Source: Naegleria gruberi (taxonomy: Eukaryota). Taken from it: a stretch of 64,000 nt of DNA. The position numbers and the translations under genes are program-made. The stretch lies in assembly GCA_000004985.1 (NCBI GenBank), contig GG738852.1. One strand, given 5' to 3'. Shown here one piece after another: positions 63,358 through 64,000 of the stretch; the stretch's first letter is position 1; each line of letters begins with the position of its first letter. The notes below the pieces were generated by a model that ran no database searches, was not told the DNA's origin, and saw only the letters and a program-made list of their open reading frames with translations.

Positions 63358-64000
63358 ATGCCATCAAAACCCATAATTCTTTCCGATGAGGATTTGGCAC
63401 ACCCAGAACTTTCAAATTATGAAGTAAATGATATTTCTGCTTTGGAATTTGAAGTTGTGGCAAAATGTGGTCCAAAGGCTCGTGTTGGTAAATTAAAATT
63501 ACCACATCACATGGCAAATACACCAATTTTCATGCCTGTCGGTACTCAAGGAACAGTGAAAGGATTAACTTGCAAACAATTAGAAGACCTAGGATGTGAA
63601 ATTATTCTCGGAAATACATATCACTTGGGTTTAAGACCTGGACCACAAATTTTAGAAGATGCTGGAGGTCTTCACAAATTTATGAATTGGAAGAGGAATA
63701 TTCTTACTGATAGTGGAGGTTTTCAAATGGTTTCCTTGTTGGATTTGGCCGATATTACAGAAGAAGGTGTCACTTTCCAATCTCCTCATGATGGTTCACA
63801 AATGTTATTAACACCTGAACAATCCATGTCTATTCAAAATAATATTGGAGGTGATATTATGATGGCACTTGATGATGTTATTAGTACTGTTTCGACAGAT
63901 ATGCAACGATTTGAAGAAGCCACATGGAGAACTCTAAGATGGATTGACAGATGTATCAAAAGTCACAAAAGACCAACTCAACAAAATTTGTTTGGTATTG
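63358..64000 (+). CDS. QTRT1: Queuine tRNA-ribosyltransferase catalytic subunit (QTRT1), 5' part; the gene runs off the window end
   Basis: [46 protein letters not shown]. Frame open from ATG at about 63358 to the window edge; absent from the track because there is no stop. Confidence 0.85.
   Translation, partial: MPSKPIILSDEDLAHPELSNYEVNDISALEFEVVAKCGPKARVGKLKLPHHMANTPIFMPVGTQGTVKGLTCKQLEDLGCEIILGNTYHLGLRPGPQILEDAGGLHKFMNWKRNILTDSGGFQMVSLLDLADITEEGVTFQSPHDGSQMLLTPEQSMSIQNNIGGDIMMALDDVISTVSTDMQRFEEATWRTLRWIDRCIKSHKRPTQQNLFGI

Noticed and set aside
19200-64000. Prokaryotic-type defence or mobile systems (CRISPR arrays, restriction-modification, toxin-antitoxin, IS elements)
   Set aside because: The sequence is plainly eukaryotic (spliceosomal introns, HSP60 presequence, TFIIA, cyclin L, KDEL receptor). 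No direct-repeat/spacer arrays or transposase-like ORFs were seen

Overview
Positions 1-19199 are an assembly gap (all N). The remaining ~44.8 kb (19200-64000) is AT-rich, gene-dense nuclear DNA from a eukaryote. I count about 33 protein-coding genes (roughly one per 1.4 kb), all using the standard genetic code with TAA and TAG stops. I see no prokaryotic features, no CRISPR array, no rRNA genes, and I could not confirm any tRNA gene.

Codon usage in the conserved genes (HSP60, ARPC4) is fungal/yeast-like: TTG, AGA, AAG, GCT, GTT, GGT/GGA. Introns are few and short. Reading the splice junctions by eye, I find a dominant 51-nt class plus 48-83 nt and two longer ones (146 and 251 nt). Donors are GTAAGT, GTAYGT or GTGAGT, and branch sites are degenerate CTRAY-like rather than TACTAAC.

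The six-frame ORF track translates TTG/CTG starts as M, so several listed starts are not real ATGs. Several genes are split across separate track ORFs: SRP receptor beta, the TBC Rab-GAP, ARPC4, the IQ protein, the LRR protein and a cyclin-like gene. My own position counts disagree with the track by 1 nt in two places, so junction coordinates I derived are approximate.

Confident calls:
- HSP60 (mitochondrial chaperonin)
- DEAD-box RNA helicase with an RGG tail
- cyclin L
- TFIIA gamma
- ARPC4
- KDEL receptor
- hormone-sensitive lipase with an HSL_N domain
- CCoAOMT-like O-methyltransferase
- a minimal CMTR1-like cap 2'-O-methyltransferase (G-patch plus RrmJ domain)
- SRP receptor beta
- TBC1D20/Gyp8-like Rab-GAP
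- QTRT1 (partial, runs off the window end)
- a twin Cx9C protein

Less certain calls are a TFIIIC tau95-like protein and a 2H-phosphoesterase-like protein. The gene set (cyclin L, CMTR1-like, HSL_N, QTRT1) together with E2F-type promoter motifs does not fit a budding-yeast lineage. I cannot name the organism.

Main observations for follow-up:
1. A ~1.4 kb gene of unknown family sits between convergent neighbours. It is flanked by a ~165-bp direct duplication that contains the terminal codons of both neighbours.
2. Four TTTGGCGC-type (E2F-like) motifs lie 25-120 bp upstream of start codons. Two of those genes look cell-cycle-related (a cyclin-like gene and a PIP-box protein).
3. A strongly preferred 51-nt intron length resolves an apparent in-frame TGA between two track ORFs.
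4. An ~85-bp duplicated element carries a pseudo-coding copy of one gene's 5' end.
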